From the NCBI GenBank assembly GCA_040954595.2, contig CM082582.2:2464303-2528302 (forward strand): a stretch of DNA of 64,000 nt, in the 5' to 3' direction. Both the position numbers and the translations under genes were made by a program. The notes beneath the pieces are model-generated. The model worked only from the letters and a program-made list of their open reading frames with translations. It was not told the origin of the DNA and searched no databases. Source of the stretch: Balanoglossus misakiensis (lineage: Eukaryota; Animalia; Hemichordata). Below, in pieces: positions 11,981-25,164 of this stretch. Within the stretch, counting starts at the first letter, position 1. Every line of letters begins with the position of its first letter.

Positions 11981-14900
11981 ATTTCTCGTCTGTCTTTTTT
12001 TTTTATTCAGTTTTTGAGAAGTACCGACAAACTGTCCACAATGAAGCGGTCAAATCCATGGATGATGCATTAAACGAGGTATGACATTTCACCACCCAAA
12101 AACAACTAAATAAATGTTATTTGATATTTTTATCATGCCACATTTTATCCGTGTGTTCATATAGGCCTAATAAATTTTGTTTTTGAATCCAATTTCAGGA
12201 AATCGCATCGGAAGACCGCACCATTAAGCTGGGGATTGAAAATATGAGCGATGCATGACACGGTACATGAAAGAATGCACAAAACTCTGACATAGTTGTA
12301 CTTGGTGACATGTATGTAACAACTTTTCGTTAGAAATAACATTTTTCATCTCTATGGCAATGATGGTTATATGTATGGTAATGTGTTACCCTTACACGCA
12401 CTCAATCGCATCGCTATTTCTGTCGACAGTGAGTATTGTGTTTGGCATCAACACACTTCTCCGAACTGACATGCCACATGCTTTGACGTATACTGTTATT
12501 GTAATATATGGCAATTTTGGATTAAATTCGAATAACTTTATTTGTAACTATTTTTCTTTGTTTTAGAACCCATAAGTGCATCCATAAGAAGTTGGTCAGG
12601 AAGCACGATGACCCGTGTTCCCAAAGACACGAGATGGTTGGGATCAGGCGATTTTATAACTGGGCTGATGAAAAAGGTAAAACATAGTATTAACACGGTG
12701 CTTTCCCATCAGTATCAGTAAAATCCTTGCTAAATGTTTTTACAAAACTTGAGGCATGTACATGGACCACATATAAAACGATAATTATAATTCTATGCAA
12801 GAAAATATGTCACACTGACAACCGGCTATTGCAAATGATTACATTTACAGGGGTTCCAATTTTAGTTCATGGCCACGACAACAACGCGTCTGTAAACAAA
12901 TTCCTGCGAGAGGAAAGGCCAGATACCATCAGCAGCAACGACACATGGCATGGTAAGGCTTCATTCTTACTTGACAGGGGAAGGTGTAGCAGCAAAAACA
13001 CTTTTGATCATCTGTAAACTTATAATTTGAAAGTGAATATGTGTATTCAGGTTTGTTTTCAAGGCAGAGTTGCATCAATCCAGGCACCATTAATTGATTC
13101 TGTTTCATCGTGTACACGTAGGCGAGGAGCTGTAACATCAATGCTTGTTTTTATTTTACAGTTACCAAGGCAATAGGCCGAGAGATGAAACGAGTAACCA
13201 CGGGGACACAACGAAACATGAACGTAACCTGGCACCCTGAACTTGCAGATAAAGGTAAAATCACACACATTTTATGTTTTCTCAATCGCAATGTTAAGTT
13301 TTCACTTTTGGTCAGGTATCTGTGGTTACGAGTTTCTGTTTCATGTTCAGTTTTATGCGTTGAATATTTTTTTTTCTCTTATGCAGCTTTGAAAATGGAG
13401 ATATTAAACGTAAAGCCATTTCGTTTGTGATAACAATTATTACAAATTCAACTATGTGTTCACCTCTCCACAGGGGCCAATGTAAAGACACATTGCTACT
13501 GGGCCATGACACGGGCAAAACAACACCTTCTGGACAATGGCAACACAACCCGGGCACGAACCGAAGCAGCGGCGCTAATCCGAAAAAAATTAGACAATAT
13601 TGTCGCTCATTATCAGGTAATTACCTTTGAATGAAACAAAAATAACTTTTTTGATTAAATAAAATAGTTGAAAATGTAACCATCGCCATCACACATTCTT
13701 TTAAAGTTATCTGTGGATGCCAACATCAGGACAAAACCGTGACTGTGTTTCTTAAATTCCATCAAATAGACGGTACATGTTATCTTTTCGATCTGTAGGA
13801 TAATCACGCTGGGTGTGACCCAAAATCGAGGTGTCGGAATAGCGCGAATTACGAAGCATCGTTCCGCCCAATCAGGCAATCGAAAGCAGCTGACCTCCTG
13901 AGGCATGCAGTTAGAAAGACGCAGCTGTACAAGAAGCCAGAGAATTATGTTGATGTGAGTTTTTTAAGTATTACATAGCATGAGGTAAATGTAGGTGTGC
14001 TTAGCTATGTGTATTGAATGACAATGTTTAGCTTGAAACACGATTTCAGAATACAGGTACATGTAGTTACAATGTGCAGTGTTTGAACACCACCATGCAG
14101 CAGATAGAGCATAGCAGTATTTCTCTCAGGCTTTCTTGTACCGAGATTATGCTGTAGTTTTTGTCAGCTATATGCAGACACGATTATGGAAAACCAAAGT
14201 CTCTACTCTTTGTAAAGATTGTATTTTATTTTCCATTCTAGTGTAAAGACACACACTATGTTGAGAGCTTCAACAATGTTGCGCATCCCATTAAAAAAAA
14301 AACTCCTATAAATTCAGGAGTGATCTCACCTGTCTGGACTGGGTAAGTTTTATTTTATTTCCGAGTGTGTTCATGTTTTCCCCATGATAATTTACAATGT
14401 TTCTGTGCAAGCTTATCACTGACAAAACAATAAAATATGACGCAGAAGCGAAAGTGGTGTCAACCAATACCAGGAAGAGTCGGCGAGGAAGGCAGTACAG
14501 GAGGAGGTCTGAGCGCAGGGTATTGACGGAAAAAACAAGTCGTTGGAGGACCAATGTGTGGAGGCGTTTTGTCGAAGAAGTTTTTAGTGCCTCTCTGTAG
14601 AAACCCAGAGACGTATGCTCTAGTGCATACACATACCAAACGGCCCTTATCAGGGCCACCACATCCTTCAAAAAGAGAACTACCGTAATCACCAAAACAC
14701 TTCGTAATAAAAAATTAAAAAGAAATGCACAAATCATTACACAGGCACACATACTCACATATAAAAGTGAATAAAGAAGTACACTACACACCCGAGGATA
14801 TGACTTTGGTGTTATTTTAATGTACCATTCATTTTTGTCAAAAACAATCACCACTCAAAGAAAACTGCCAAAAATAAAGATGTATCGCATTATAATATGT

Positions 14901-15667
14901 ACAATAATGTCGTCTCTTAAAAAACCTTAAACGGACTCTTGACTTCAGTGATGCCCGGATTTGATGAAATATCGAAACGTACGGAAACGCAGAAAGTCAG
15001 TCAAAGAATTGTTTTGCTATCAATCACGTGATCTGGCCATGTGACCCACGGCGTTGTCATTTCCAAGTGACGGGCAAGCAATATTTCGCCATTCAGTAAA
15101 AGATTTTTCCAAGTATGTTTTTATTTTAAAAACCGCCAGACACGTACCATGTATCAGGTATAATGCCTCCACGCTATTGAAGTTGCCCGTCATCTGGATA
15201 TTTGAATGCTAACGTAACTGTGCCTGAGCGTGCGTGCTGCTGTACACGGGCGCGACAGCTTCACGAGTGCATATAGCCGCGCCTATAGGCCTATGTCGCA
15301 ATAGCAATAGATAGGACTTTCTACCTGCAAATCATGACGCACCAAGTATCAAGACATGCTGCCAATCATTTATAGTTTTGGTAATTCGACTTGTATTCCT
15401 TTCATGTGGAATTTTTGACAAGCATCTGAGCTCCCTTCAAAAATTACCGACGCCACGATCGCGATTGTCAGCAATTAAAACAATGCGGACATTTTCGCAT
15501 CGTTCATTTCCGGGGATCAGTCTAGCTTGAACTGGGTTTGTATCGATGTCGATCTATAAACTTGATGATCGCGAATTCAGACATTTCAACGCCTATTTTG
15601 AGTAGCGATCCGCTCTCAAGTTGATAGGAAAATTATAGACAGGCCTGTGCCGAGCCGCCCCAGCCGT

Positions 15668-16169
15668 GCGCATATGGAAAGCCACAGCTTAAGTCCATTG
15701 TTACCATTATATGATGCCCATACATCATTATACGACGCTCATACATCTTTATACAATGTGTATACATCATTATACGCTGCTTGTGCAACCTTATACGATG
15801 TGAATACATCATTATACATTGCCCATACATCATTATACGACGCTCATACATCTTTATACAATGTGCATACATCATTATACGCTGCTTGTGCATCGTTATA
15901 CGCTGTGAATACACCATTATACATTGCCCATACATCATTATACGACGCTCATACATCTTTATACAATGTGCATACATCATTATACGCTGCTTGTGCATCG
16001 TTATACGCTGTGAATACATCATTATACATTGCCCATACATCATTATACGCTGCCCATACATCTTTATACAATGTGTATACAGCATTATACGCTGTGCATA
16101 CATCATTATATGCTGTGCCTACATCATTATACGTCGCTCATTCACCATGATACTATGCCCGTTCAACAT
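15668..16169 (+). repeat. 21-bp minisatellite array (~21 units) with a 105-bp higher-order repeat and unique flanks
   Basis: Unit ~TACATCATTATACGCTGTGCA. A five-unit block recurs about three times (translated as MMYGQCI MMYSQRI TMHKQRI MMYAHCI KMYERRI). Confidence 0.9.
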
Positions 16170-16530
16170 CTCAGATCTCAGAAACTACAAGTCTGATCAC
16201 CTTTAAATTTGGCGTGCAGGTAGACTACCTTTTGTCCATCATTTTTGTAATTGGAAATTATGCTGTCAAAGTTGCAGGTTTTTTTTTTTTTTTTTTTTTT
16301 TAAGAGGGCGCTCTGCATCTGTCATCCACGGAAACAGGGTTTGAACGCTCCGTGAGTTTTTTGACAAATTTTGTCATCGTACTGTTAAACTTGTTTACTG
16401 CGAAGTGTTCGGAGTGCAGTTTAACTACCTATGTAGCAGAAGTAACCTTTATTGTGTTACTATCTGGTCATTTTTGGACGTTTGAAGGAGTTTTCAGTTT
16501 TGTCGTTACAACAAAGGAACCCCACCCAGT

Positions 16531-17817
16531 ATGGCGGCCGGCGCGGCGGGAGTCCGAAGCTACGCACAAGTCACCATGCCGTATGCAGACTCAGAAACTG
16601 CTGAGGACCACAAGTCCGTTCTATTTCTAAAACAATCAGATGTTGTTAGACCAGAGACCAAACAATGGTTAAAAGGTGAGGAGATCCTTGCTAGTATTGC
16701 TGAAGTAGTGCCAATTGAGAACATTGACGGCTTGCAGCGGATTCGTGGTCTCTGGAGAATTTACCCAAGGGACAATGCCGATAAGCTAATACTGAAGCAA
16801 CATGGTTTGTCTTTACGTGGAAAAGCAATAGAACTTTGGGATAAGAATCCATTCAGGCGTGAGTTGCAAGAAGTTGGTGTCAAGATCATTGTGAAAGATT
16901 TGCCGTTGTCGTTAGATGACAGCGTCATCGGGAGCTCTTTGTCTGCGATAGGCCTGAAAACTAAATCTAGGCTTCTGCGGCAAAGATGGCGGGTGAACGG
17001 CAAACTCACCAATATTTGCAATGGGGACCGCATGGTTTTCGTTGAAAAACCATCCAAAGATCTACCGAAATTTATTAAAGTCGGACCGTTTTCTGCAAGG
17101 CTTTTCAGTAGCTTGCAGAACAGAAACTCTGAGCAAGAAACAAAGTGTAACAAGTGCTTGCAACTTGGACATTTTAGCTACCAGTGCACAAATCCTTTGA
17201 AATGCAGACTTTGTTTCGGCAATGGGCACCTTGCAAAGGAATGTGTTAATGCCAAGTGTGAAAAGCAGGCCGAACAGGAGGTGGAAAGTGGTGTATGCGC
17301 GTTGATTACTCCCGCGACGGAGGCAGTAATTATCACATCGACGCCACAACAAAGCACCACACCTACAAGTGACGCAGGCATTCCAACGCCTTTATCTACA
17401 TCTGCTGCAGAGCAGGCTTCGTCAGCTCATTGTGAGAGCCAACAGACGAGGGAGGCTACTACGAAGAGTGGATCGAACATAGGCAGTACTAGTCATGACA
17501 CAGTGTGCAACGACCCATCATCCTCATCGAGACAACGAGCCTCGCAGCGGTCGATATCATCGTACTTTCCTGAGAAAAGGCGCGATCCAAGAATACAGAA
17601 ACCGAAAGATTGTGATCAAGACGATTCCGTCGCTGCCGTCGCTGACACATCAGCGAATATCAGCGAGAGCGAGTCTGAACAGTACGTGGACTGTGACACA
17701 ACAAAAGAGGAAATGTCCGATCTTTCACCGGAATCACCCGTGATTTTAACGCCGGCTTCCGGGACGACCACGGACAATAGAAAGAGACGCAAGAGGAAGA
17801 GGAAACTAAAGAAATGA
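16531..17817 (+). CDS. Tx1/L1 ORF1 nucleic-acid-binding protein with two CCHC zinc knuckles
   Basis: Intact 428-aa ORF with CNKCLQLGHFSYQC and CRLCFGNGHLAKEC, a low-complexity tail and a basic C-terminus. ATGA overlap with ORF2. Confidence 0.9.
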   Translation: MAAGAAGVRSYAQVTMPYADSETAEDHKSVLFLKQSDVVRPETKQWLKGEEILASIAEVVPIENIDGLQRIRGLWRIYPRDNADKLILKQHGLSLRGKAIELWDKNPFRRELQEVGVKIIVKDLPLSLDDSVIGSSLSAIGLKTKSRLLRQRWRVNGKLTNICNGDRMVFVEKPSKDLPKFIKVGPFSARLFSSLQNRNSEQETKCNKCLQLGHFSYQCTNPLKCRLCFGNGHLAKECVNAKCEKQAEQEVESGVCALITPATEAVIITSTPQQSTTPTSDAGIPTPLSTSAAEQASSAHCESQQTREATTKSGSNIGSTSHDTVCNDPSSSSRQRASQRSISSYFPEKRRDPRIQKPKDCDQDDSVAAVADTSANISESESEQYVDCDTTKEEMSDLSPESPVILTPASGTTTDNRKRRKRKRKLKK

Positions 17818-20800
17818 GTAACAAATTACATATTGTAACTTTAAATGTAAGAGGTCTAGGTAATTACTCTAAACGTAGAGATATCTTGCAATGGCTTAAA
17901 CACCAGAAGGCGTCTTTTGCCGTTTTACAGGAAGTTTACGGTGAAAATATAAATATTGTTCAATGGGAAAAAGAATGGGGAGGTCGGATAATTATGTCGG
18001 AAGGAGCCAAAAATAGTAGAGGCGTCGCAATCTTTATTGCTAAACATTGTAATTTTCATATTGACAGTGTGTACAAAGATGACTCTGGTAGAATTGTTAT
18101 TGTTAACGGTATGTACGAGAACATGGGTTTTTCAGTCAGTGGTGTCTATGCACCGAATGATGCTGTACAGAGAAATCGCTTTTTTGTCAACTTTATGAAC
18201 ATCATTCAGGTTAATTGTAAGTATGAACGCCTTATAATAGCCGGTGACTTTAATTGTTCACTTAATAAGAGGCTGGATAAGAGATCTCGGGCGGTATCTG
18301 TGGATAAATCCGTCCCGACCTTACGTAAAATGCTGCAGCAGTTCTCCCTGGTTGACATTTGGAGAGAACGCAACCCGTCACTGCAACAGTTTACATGGAG
18401 ACGCTTGCATCCCAACCCGACCTATAGTAGAATTGACTATATTTTTGTATCTAAGAGCATTCTAAAAAACACAAAAAGAGTTGACATCAGACCTGCATTG
18501 AAAACAGACCACATGGCTGTTTATTTAGAAATTATGTATAGGAAGTCTGACAGGGGTCCTGGCACCTGGAAATTTAACAAGCACCTCCTTAAAAAGGAGG
18601 ATTACGTTATAAGTGTCCGTAATCTCCTGACACGGTGTAAAATTAAGTATGTGAATGTAGAAGCCAATGTTAGATGGGATTTGATAAAGAAAGATGTGAA
18701 GGAGTACACGATTGAGTATTGTCATAATGTAACGAAGAATTCTAACACCCTCATTCCGGAGTTGGAGAAGCATTTGCGTACTGCTGAACAAAACATGCTC
18801 CATGAGCCGTCTGATTCCAACATTGAGGCTTATGGTTTAATTAAACAGCGTTTGGAAGATCTTTTCACCCTCCGTGCCGAAGGTGCGCAGATACGCTCCA
18901 AGGCACGCTGGGTCGAAAAGGGTGAAAAAAGTACAAAGTTCTTTTTGGGTTTAGAGAAGACAAATGCCTCCAAAAAGGAGATGAATGTTCTCCGTACAGC
19001 GCAGGGTACCTATGTAACTGATACGGAGCACATTCTTGAGGAACAGAAGAACTTTTATCAAAATCTGTATAAAGATAAGCCGAGAGATAGTTGCCTTGAC
19101 GATTTTCTAGGAGATGCAGCTGTTTCACAGCTATCCCAGAATCAATCAGACATTTGTGAGGGTGAGCTCACAGAAAGAGAATGCTTTAAAGCACTGTGTA
19201 TGATTGCTCCCAACAAATCTCCTGGATGCGACGGGTTAACTGGTGAATTTTATCGTTTTTTCTGGAATGATATTTGCGATTATGTATTGTCATCTTTAAA
19301 TAGTAGTTACAGGTGTGGTTCGCTATCTTTATCTCAGAGACGAAGTTTACTTACACTCCTGTTTAAGAAAGGCTCCGAGGACGATTTAAACAACTGGCGT
19401 CCAGTGTCTCTTCTAAATACAGATTATAAAATTGCTACTAAAGCCTTAGCTAATCGGTTACAGATCGTTCTTCCGTCATTGATCCATAGAGATCAAACCG
19501 GGTATATGAAGGGGCGTTTCATAGGTGAAAATGTTAGACTTATCGCTGACATCTTTCATTACTCAAAGAAGCACAATGTTGGGGGAGTTGCCATGTTCCT
19601 TGATTATGAAAAAGCCTTCGATAGCGTTAACTGGGACTATCTAGATGAAACTTTACGACGTATGAATTTTGGTCATTCCTTTCGTCAATGGGTAAAAACT
19701 TTCTACACGAACATTCAGAGCTGTATTTTATACAAGGGTTGGTCTTCAAGTTACTTCAGGTTAGAAAGAGGTGTCCGTCAGGGATGTCCCCTCTCTGCAC
19801 TTTTATTTGTAATAGCAATTGAGTTTTTAGCTTGTAAGATCAGACACGATAAAACTATCAAAGGGTTTCGTCTGCCTGCTGGTAATGGTCATGCCAAAGA
19901 AGCAAAGATATCTTTACTTGCAGATGATACAACAGTATTCGTTGCAGATTTGTCTTCTGTTGTGTCTGTTCTCAAAGTAATGGAGAAGTTTCAAGGATAC
20001 AGTGGGCTAAGGTTAAATAAAAAGAAAACGCAGGCTTTTAAACTTGGTAATTTAAGAAAATGTAACGATAAAGTGGGTGATATAAGTTGGACTGACAATC
20101 CTGTAAAAACTCTTGGAGTATATTTTGGGTATGATGATGCTCTGTGTAAGCAGTTAAACTGGGATGATAAGTTAAAATCATTAGGTAAAGTTTTGGAAAT
20201 GTGGGGAAGACGGCAACTCACGATTTATGGCCGTGTTCTCATTACCAAGTCTCTTGCTGTTTCAAAAATTATGTATTTATCATCAGTAATTGGTATTCCC
20301 AATGATATTCTCTGTAAAGTACAACGTCTCGTTGACAGTTTTGTAAAACGTAAAAGGAGAATTTCGAACAAAATTCTTGAAAGTGGCTAAAAGCTAGGAG
20401 GAGTTAATCATATTAATGTGAAATGCCAAGTGGAAGCAATGATGGCTCTTTGGGTTAAAAGAATAATAATGTGTAAAGACGAGACATGGGCTGTCTTGCC
20501 CTGGTCATATTTGCTTTTAGATAATACCACAAATTTATTGCATCAACACTCAATTTGGCAAAGGGTTCCTGATTTTCTTTTATCTGTACTCCCAGAATTT
20601 TTTGTAAATGTACTGAATGCCTGGTATGCGGTGAAACACAATGCTTCCCGTGCAGGGAACCGTACCCTTGTCTGGTCCTCCAAATTCAGGTGTTTTTATG
20701 CAGCTCACTCTGAAAGTGATGACTATGATGTCACACTTGGCGTCTCTAAATCTCCGGTCCACAAATTAACTTGTAAGGTGTTGTATACTCATCTCATTCA

Positions 20801-21383
20801 GAGGCACTCAGTACAGGCTAGCGATAAACTCTCAAAATGGTTTTCTAAGTTAAATATCACCCCTGTAGAGCCAGAGAGCGACTGTTACAAAATCTGGCTG
20901 AGTATGTACAAGTTGACTAAAGAGACCAAGTTAAGAGAGTTTCAGTGGAAACTTCTACAACGCTTATTACCATGTAACAAGTATTTATACTTGTGGAAGT
21001 TAAATGAGTCAATGTTCTGTCCTCTTTGTCACCAGATTGACTCTCTGGAACACAGATTTATTTATTGTCAAATAGCTGTGAGATGCTGGAAAAAGCTGAA
21101 ATACGTCATCTCTAAATGTTTTGAGTGTAGAGAAATAACACCATCAGACATTATTTTTACAAAAGTTGGCGAGAATGTCAAACCCAAAGAAAAACGTTAT
21201 GTTTTTCAGCTTTTAATTCTTCTTGGGAAATGGAGCATCCATAAGTACTGGGTGACTAATGAAAACACACCGATTGAAGTTTTAATCAAAAATGAGTTTA
21301 TGTTAAGGTATAAGATTGAAAAACAACTGGATGCGAAAGCTGTTGTGCTAGAAACTTTTCAGAAAATTACGAGTTTACTGTAA
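17814..21383 (+). pseudogene. Tx1/L1 ORF2 (APE endonuclease, reverse transcriptase, C-terminal Cys/His finger) with one premature stop
   Basis: APE motifs TLNVRG, LQE, GDFN, SRIDY, TDH. RT motifs KSPGCDG, WRPVSLLN, DYEKAFD, GVRQGCPLS, LADD. C-terminal CPLC...HRFIYC. ORFs 17814-20390 and 20418-21383 are in the same frame, separated by a TAA at 20388-20390. Confidence 0.92.
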
Positions 21384-23282
21384 TTTTTAACCTCTTCAGG
21401 CCCGTGCAACAATACTGTCTTTTCTATATTTATATAAACATGTAATTGAGGTGAAGGTTTAAATAAAAGATAAAAAAAAAAAAAAAAAAAAAGTTGCAGG
21501 TTTTTTGCTACAATTGTTTTTCTGAAAAACTACTTAAAAATCTTCTCCTCCAGAACCAGCGATTGCCGAGTCACGGGATTCGGGGTATGTGGTCACCTAA
21601 CCTATGTCTATATAGTATGCGAAGCGCACTGTGATTGGTCTATCGTTATGGCGGCCATATTGGATTTTCGGAAAACCATTGAAAAATGAAAATTCCGTTT
21701 TGTAGCCAAAATGATGACAGCATGGAAAATCTTTTTGTGGATATGAGTCATCATATGACCGGAACTTGTCACAATTATTATTATTATTATTTTTTTTTTT
21801 TTTTTTTTTGGGGGGGGGTCCAATTTTCCCATGACCTTTGACCCAGTTTTAAAACAACTAATTATATATGCATATGCCTTGTACCTCCTCTTGCAACAGC
21901 ACCACAGTCATGAAATTTGTGGACATGGGTACCACTGCTACCAGGACATGACACAAATATTTTGGGAATTTTAGCAATGACCTTTGACCTATTTCTGAAA
22001 CATCATTTTTCTGCATATCTTATTCCAGGCTAACCAATAGGGCTAGAGGTCGTGTGTTTGTTGGACATGGTCCACTATGGGGTCAACATTTTATGCCCAA
22101 ATTTTGGGTGACCTTGGGTGACCTTTGATCTAATTTCCCATATCTCAGCAGCCGCAGCAGTTAGAGCCCTGGCTTTTGGGGGGATTGAGCACAATGGAGT
22201 CTTACACAAGACTTCATTAATTATGTGCATACCTAATTCTAGGCGAACCAATAGGGCTACGGGTCTGGTTTTTGTTGGACGCAGACTAGTATGAGGTCCA
22301 ATATTTTTGCGCAAATATGGGGTGACCTCAGGTGACTTTTGACTTACTTTCCCCATTCTCGCCCCACCAGACTACGGATTTCTTTCGTTTCACTATCGAA
22401 ATCACGTACTCTGGTTAAAATGGAGTACCGCGCTGGTATTTGAACATATTGGTAATGCATATTCATGAGATGACATCATTATAATCTGGCCAATCAAAGC
22501 CCGTCTCTCGAGGAGAGCTGGGACAATAGCACTTCCACACTGGAAGCCGCCATGTTGTTTAGAATGAGATGTAATGAGATGCGTGAATGGGATGTAACAA
22601 GCAATCTGATTGGTTGTTGGGTGTACTATGAAAGCGCCTAGACCAAATACTGAATACATGGCCGTATTATACCACGTCCTTTTTGGGGGGAGCAGAGCGC
22701 TGCCGTAAAAGGGCCGTGGTTTGCGACGATGACTTTCCCATATCTTGGTATCCACAGCAGATACAGCCTTGGCATTTGCTGGTTACCATGGGAACCGCTT
22801 GTGCCCCGCCAACGCTGCTTGCAGCTTTAATTTAATCTGTACTTGTTATGTATGACATTTTTCTCACCCAAAAAATGTTTATTCAAGCCGAAAATTTCAA
22901 AATTATATCTTTTTATCTTTTTATCATCGAAGTATGTTTCTCGATGATAAAATATGTATTAAACAATTTCTGATGTGCAAAAACTGTGATTTGGTGCCAA
23001 AAATATCATACATAACATGTCGAAAGAGTTTGATCAAATATATTCATATTTTTACAGAGTTATAAAAACTTATTTTCATACTCGTACTGCAGATGCCAAA
23101 CCGCGATGGTCGCCCGAAAATGCTTAACTACATGTACTTTCAGTCTCTCGAAACCAAAACCGAATCCAAGTCTTACTTCAGTACCGTCATGTGTATAAGT
23201 GCGCCCTCTTTGACGGAATTGGGGTTAGGAATAGCATATCATAATGACATGTCGGCATAGTATAAAGCCAAACGCGCACCGT

Positions 23283-23809
23283 ATGTTGAATGGGCATAGT
23301 ATCATGGTGAATGAGCGACGCATAATGATGTATGCACAGCGTATAATGATGCACAAGCAGCGTATAATGATGTATAAGCGTCGTATAATGATGCATAAGC
23401 GTCGTATAATTCTGTATGGGCAGCGTATAATGATGTATCCACAGCGTATAATGATGCACAAGCAGCGTATAATGATGTATGCACATCGTATAATGATATA
23501 TGCACATTGTATAATGATGTATACACATTGTATAAAGATGTATGAGCGTCGTATAATGATGTATGCACATTGTATAATGATGTATGCATATCGTATAATG
23601 ATGTATGCACATTGTATAATGATGTATGCACATTGTATAATGATGTATGCACATTGTATTATGATGTACGAGTGTCGTATAATGATGTACGAGCAGGGTA
23701 TAATGATGTATGAGCGTCGTATAATGATGTATGGGCAGCGTATAATGATGTATGCAGAGCATATAATGGTAACAATGGACTTAAGACAGCTGTGGCTTTC
23801 CATATGCGC
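23283..23809 (-). repeat. Second 21-bp minisatellite array (~22 units), inverted relative to 15668-16169 and sharing its unique flanks
   Basis: The reverse complement carries the same gcgcatatggaaagccacagct..taagtccattgttaccattatatg leader, the same 21-bp units and the same cattcaccatgatactatgccc.ttcaacat trailer. Confidence 0.9.
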
Positions 23810-25164
23810 AAGTGGATTGACCGACGCGTGGTACGGTAGCCGGTCATGCATGCAGGATGACTTTTTTTCATGCTGCCGGCTGCGCCTCCAATCACAATTG
23901 CTTGAGGTCAAAGTCGTCATCAAGACGGTCCTGCCTCGCAGGACAAATGCAAGTAAGAATCAATACACGCTGATTTCAGATCATAGTGAGGTGAATACAG
24001 CTTCTTTGTGTGAGATTGCGTTGTAGGGCTTACTTTACAGAGCATTGTCCGAAGTTTCGCGATCGCATTCCAGAGCTTGCACCTGTGCGCGCTTGGGAGA
24101 ATTGAGCGTCGAAGTGGTTAGAGCGATCGGCCTCTTGCTTTCCAGTTGACCGTAAACAGTCTCTACTGTACTCGTGTGCAGCTAGACCATGGCACGGCCG
24201 TTATCGTTATCTGTAATACCTAGCACCCTTTATAGGATTAGCTTAGGTGGTAAACTGTTGTGATTGGAGTGTGTTTTTAACGTACTGTAGGTTAAACATC
24301 GCAACTAGCCTAATGTTTGACTAGGAGGAGCACCTACTAATGCGAAAACCAGGGATTGAAAATTGCCCCTTTAAACATCGACAGACAAATGACACATTTT
24401 TCCCCCTTTATTTTGTAGAACAGAAGTAAAATGTTCTTGGAGAAGCAAATTTAAATTGTTTTGTGTTCTTTTCACAATTTTAGAAAAATGAAATATGACG
24501 ACAAGTTGACTGTAGAAACGGAAGGTTTGGGGTACTTTAGGCACATCACAGATAAATAAACACGAAACGCATTAATTTTTCAGCTGGAAAACTAAAGCCC
24601 TAGGCCTGCCCATCAGTTTCCTCCCATAGACAACCTTCACAATGGGACACCATCCCTGTTTCGTTCAGGAATCTCTCTGGGTTACCTCCAGGGGACGTAT
24701 AGAATGCATTAGTGACAATTAAAACGCCATCGACTTTATCCTGTATTATTTTGTAATATTTTCACGGAATCTGAGATTGAAAATTAAGTATTCCAACCAT
24801 CAGCAATAATTTACTTTCAAAAAATCTAACCGTTGAGAGCTATTTATAGAATAGAGTAATTTTGACATTAAGGCCGAACCCTGTTGTTGAGTATTAAGAT
24901 TTAATTTTAATGTTTCGATTAGTGATCTATTTCTTATGCATGAATGAAAAAAAATAATTGACAGATCTCAGTCTTACAGATGTTTATTTTATCACCATGG
25001 TAACAACTTCTTATCGGTATATAGAGGGTTGTTTGTCTCGTATCGCGCTACTGATATTGAAAAGTAACCTTCCTAATTTCAACAAGCTGTAAATTTTATA
25101 GACGTGTAACTCGTGCTCATTTTCTTCTTCTTCTTCTTCTTTTTAATTTCTGTGCCGACGGCTT

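Larger units (their letters stand above)
6415..14600 (+). pseudogene. Decayed multi-exon Kolobok-type DDE transposase gene
   Basis: Exons bounded by GT/AG at about 6415-6946, 7079-7181, 12011-12078, 12200-12311, 12567-12676, 12851-12952, 13162-13254, 13473-13616, 13798-13953, 14242-14342 and 14412-14600. They give SDA*HGT*KNA (DARH motif with TGA in place of Arg), HGHDNNAS, NDTWH (DxxH motif), CKDTHYVESFNN (catalytic E) and YKFRSDLTCLDW. Frameshift near 6735 and several stops. Confidence 0.65.
16302..21492 (+). mobile_element. Full-length Tx1/L1-clade non-LTR retrotransposon
   Basis: 5' UTR, ORF1, ORF2, AATAAA at 21462-21467 and an A21 tail at 21472-21492. TSD AAAGTTGCAGGTTTTTT at 16268-16284 and 21490-21506. 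Confidence 0.93.
16170..22832 (+). mobile_element. Probable non-autonomous Helentron/DINE-like element that hosts the Tx1 LINE; 5' end not defined
   Basis: 3' end has a terminal hairpin gctgcttgcagc followed by tttaat (~22815-22832). Internal degenerate tgaccttt repeats at 21830-22345. The sequence is continuous across the LINE TSD. Confidence 0.4.

Noticed and set aside
15700-16150. CRISPR-like look of a conserved core plus variable part
   Set aside because: The variable parts are only ~8 bp and recur, there are no unique spacers or cas genes, and the context is eukaryotic.
15633-24026. Long ORFs with MMY/CII/HHYT heptad repeats at 15633-16206 and 23187-24026
   Set aside because: They are translations of a 21-bp minisatellite open in several frames on both strands; there is no evidence of a real protein.
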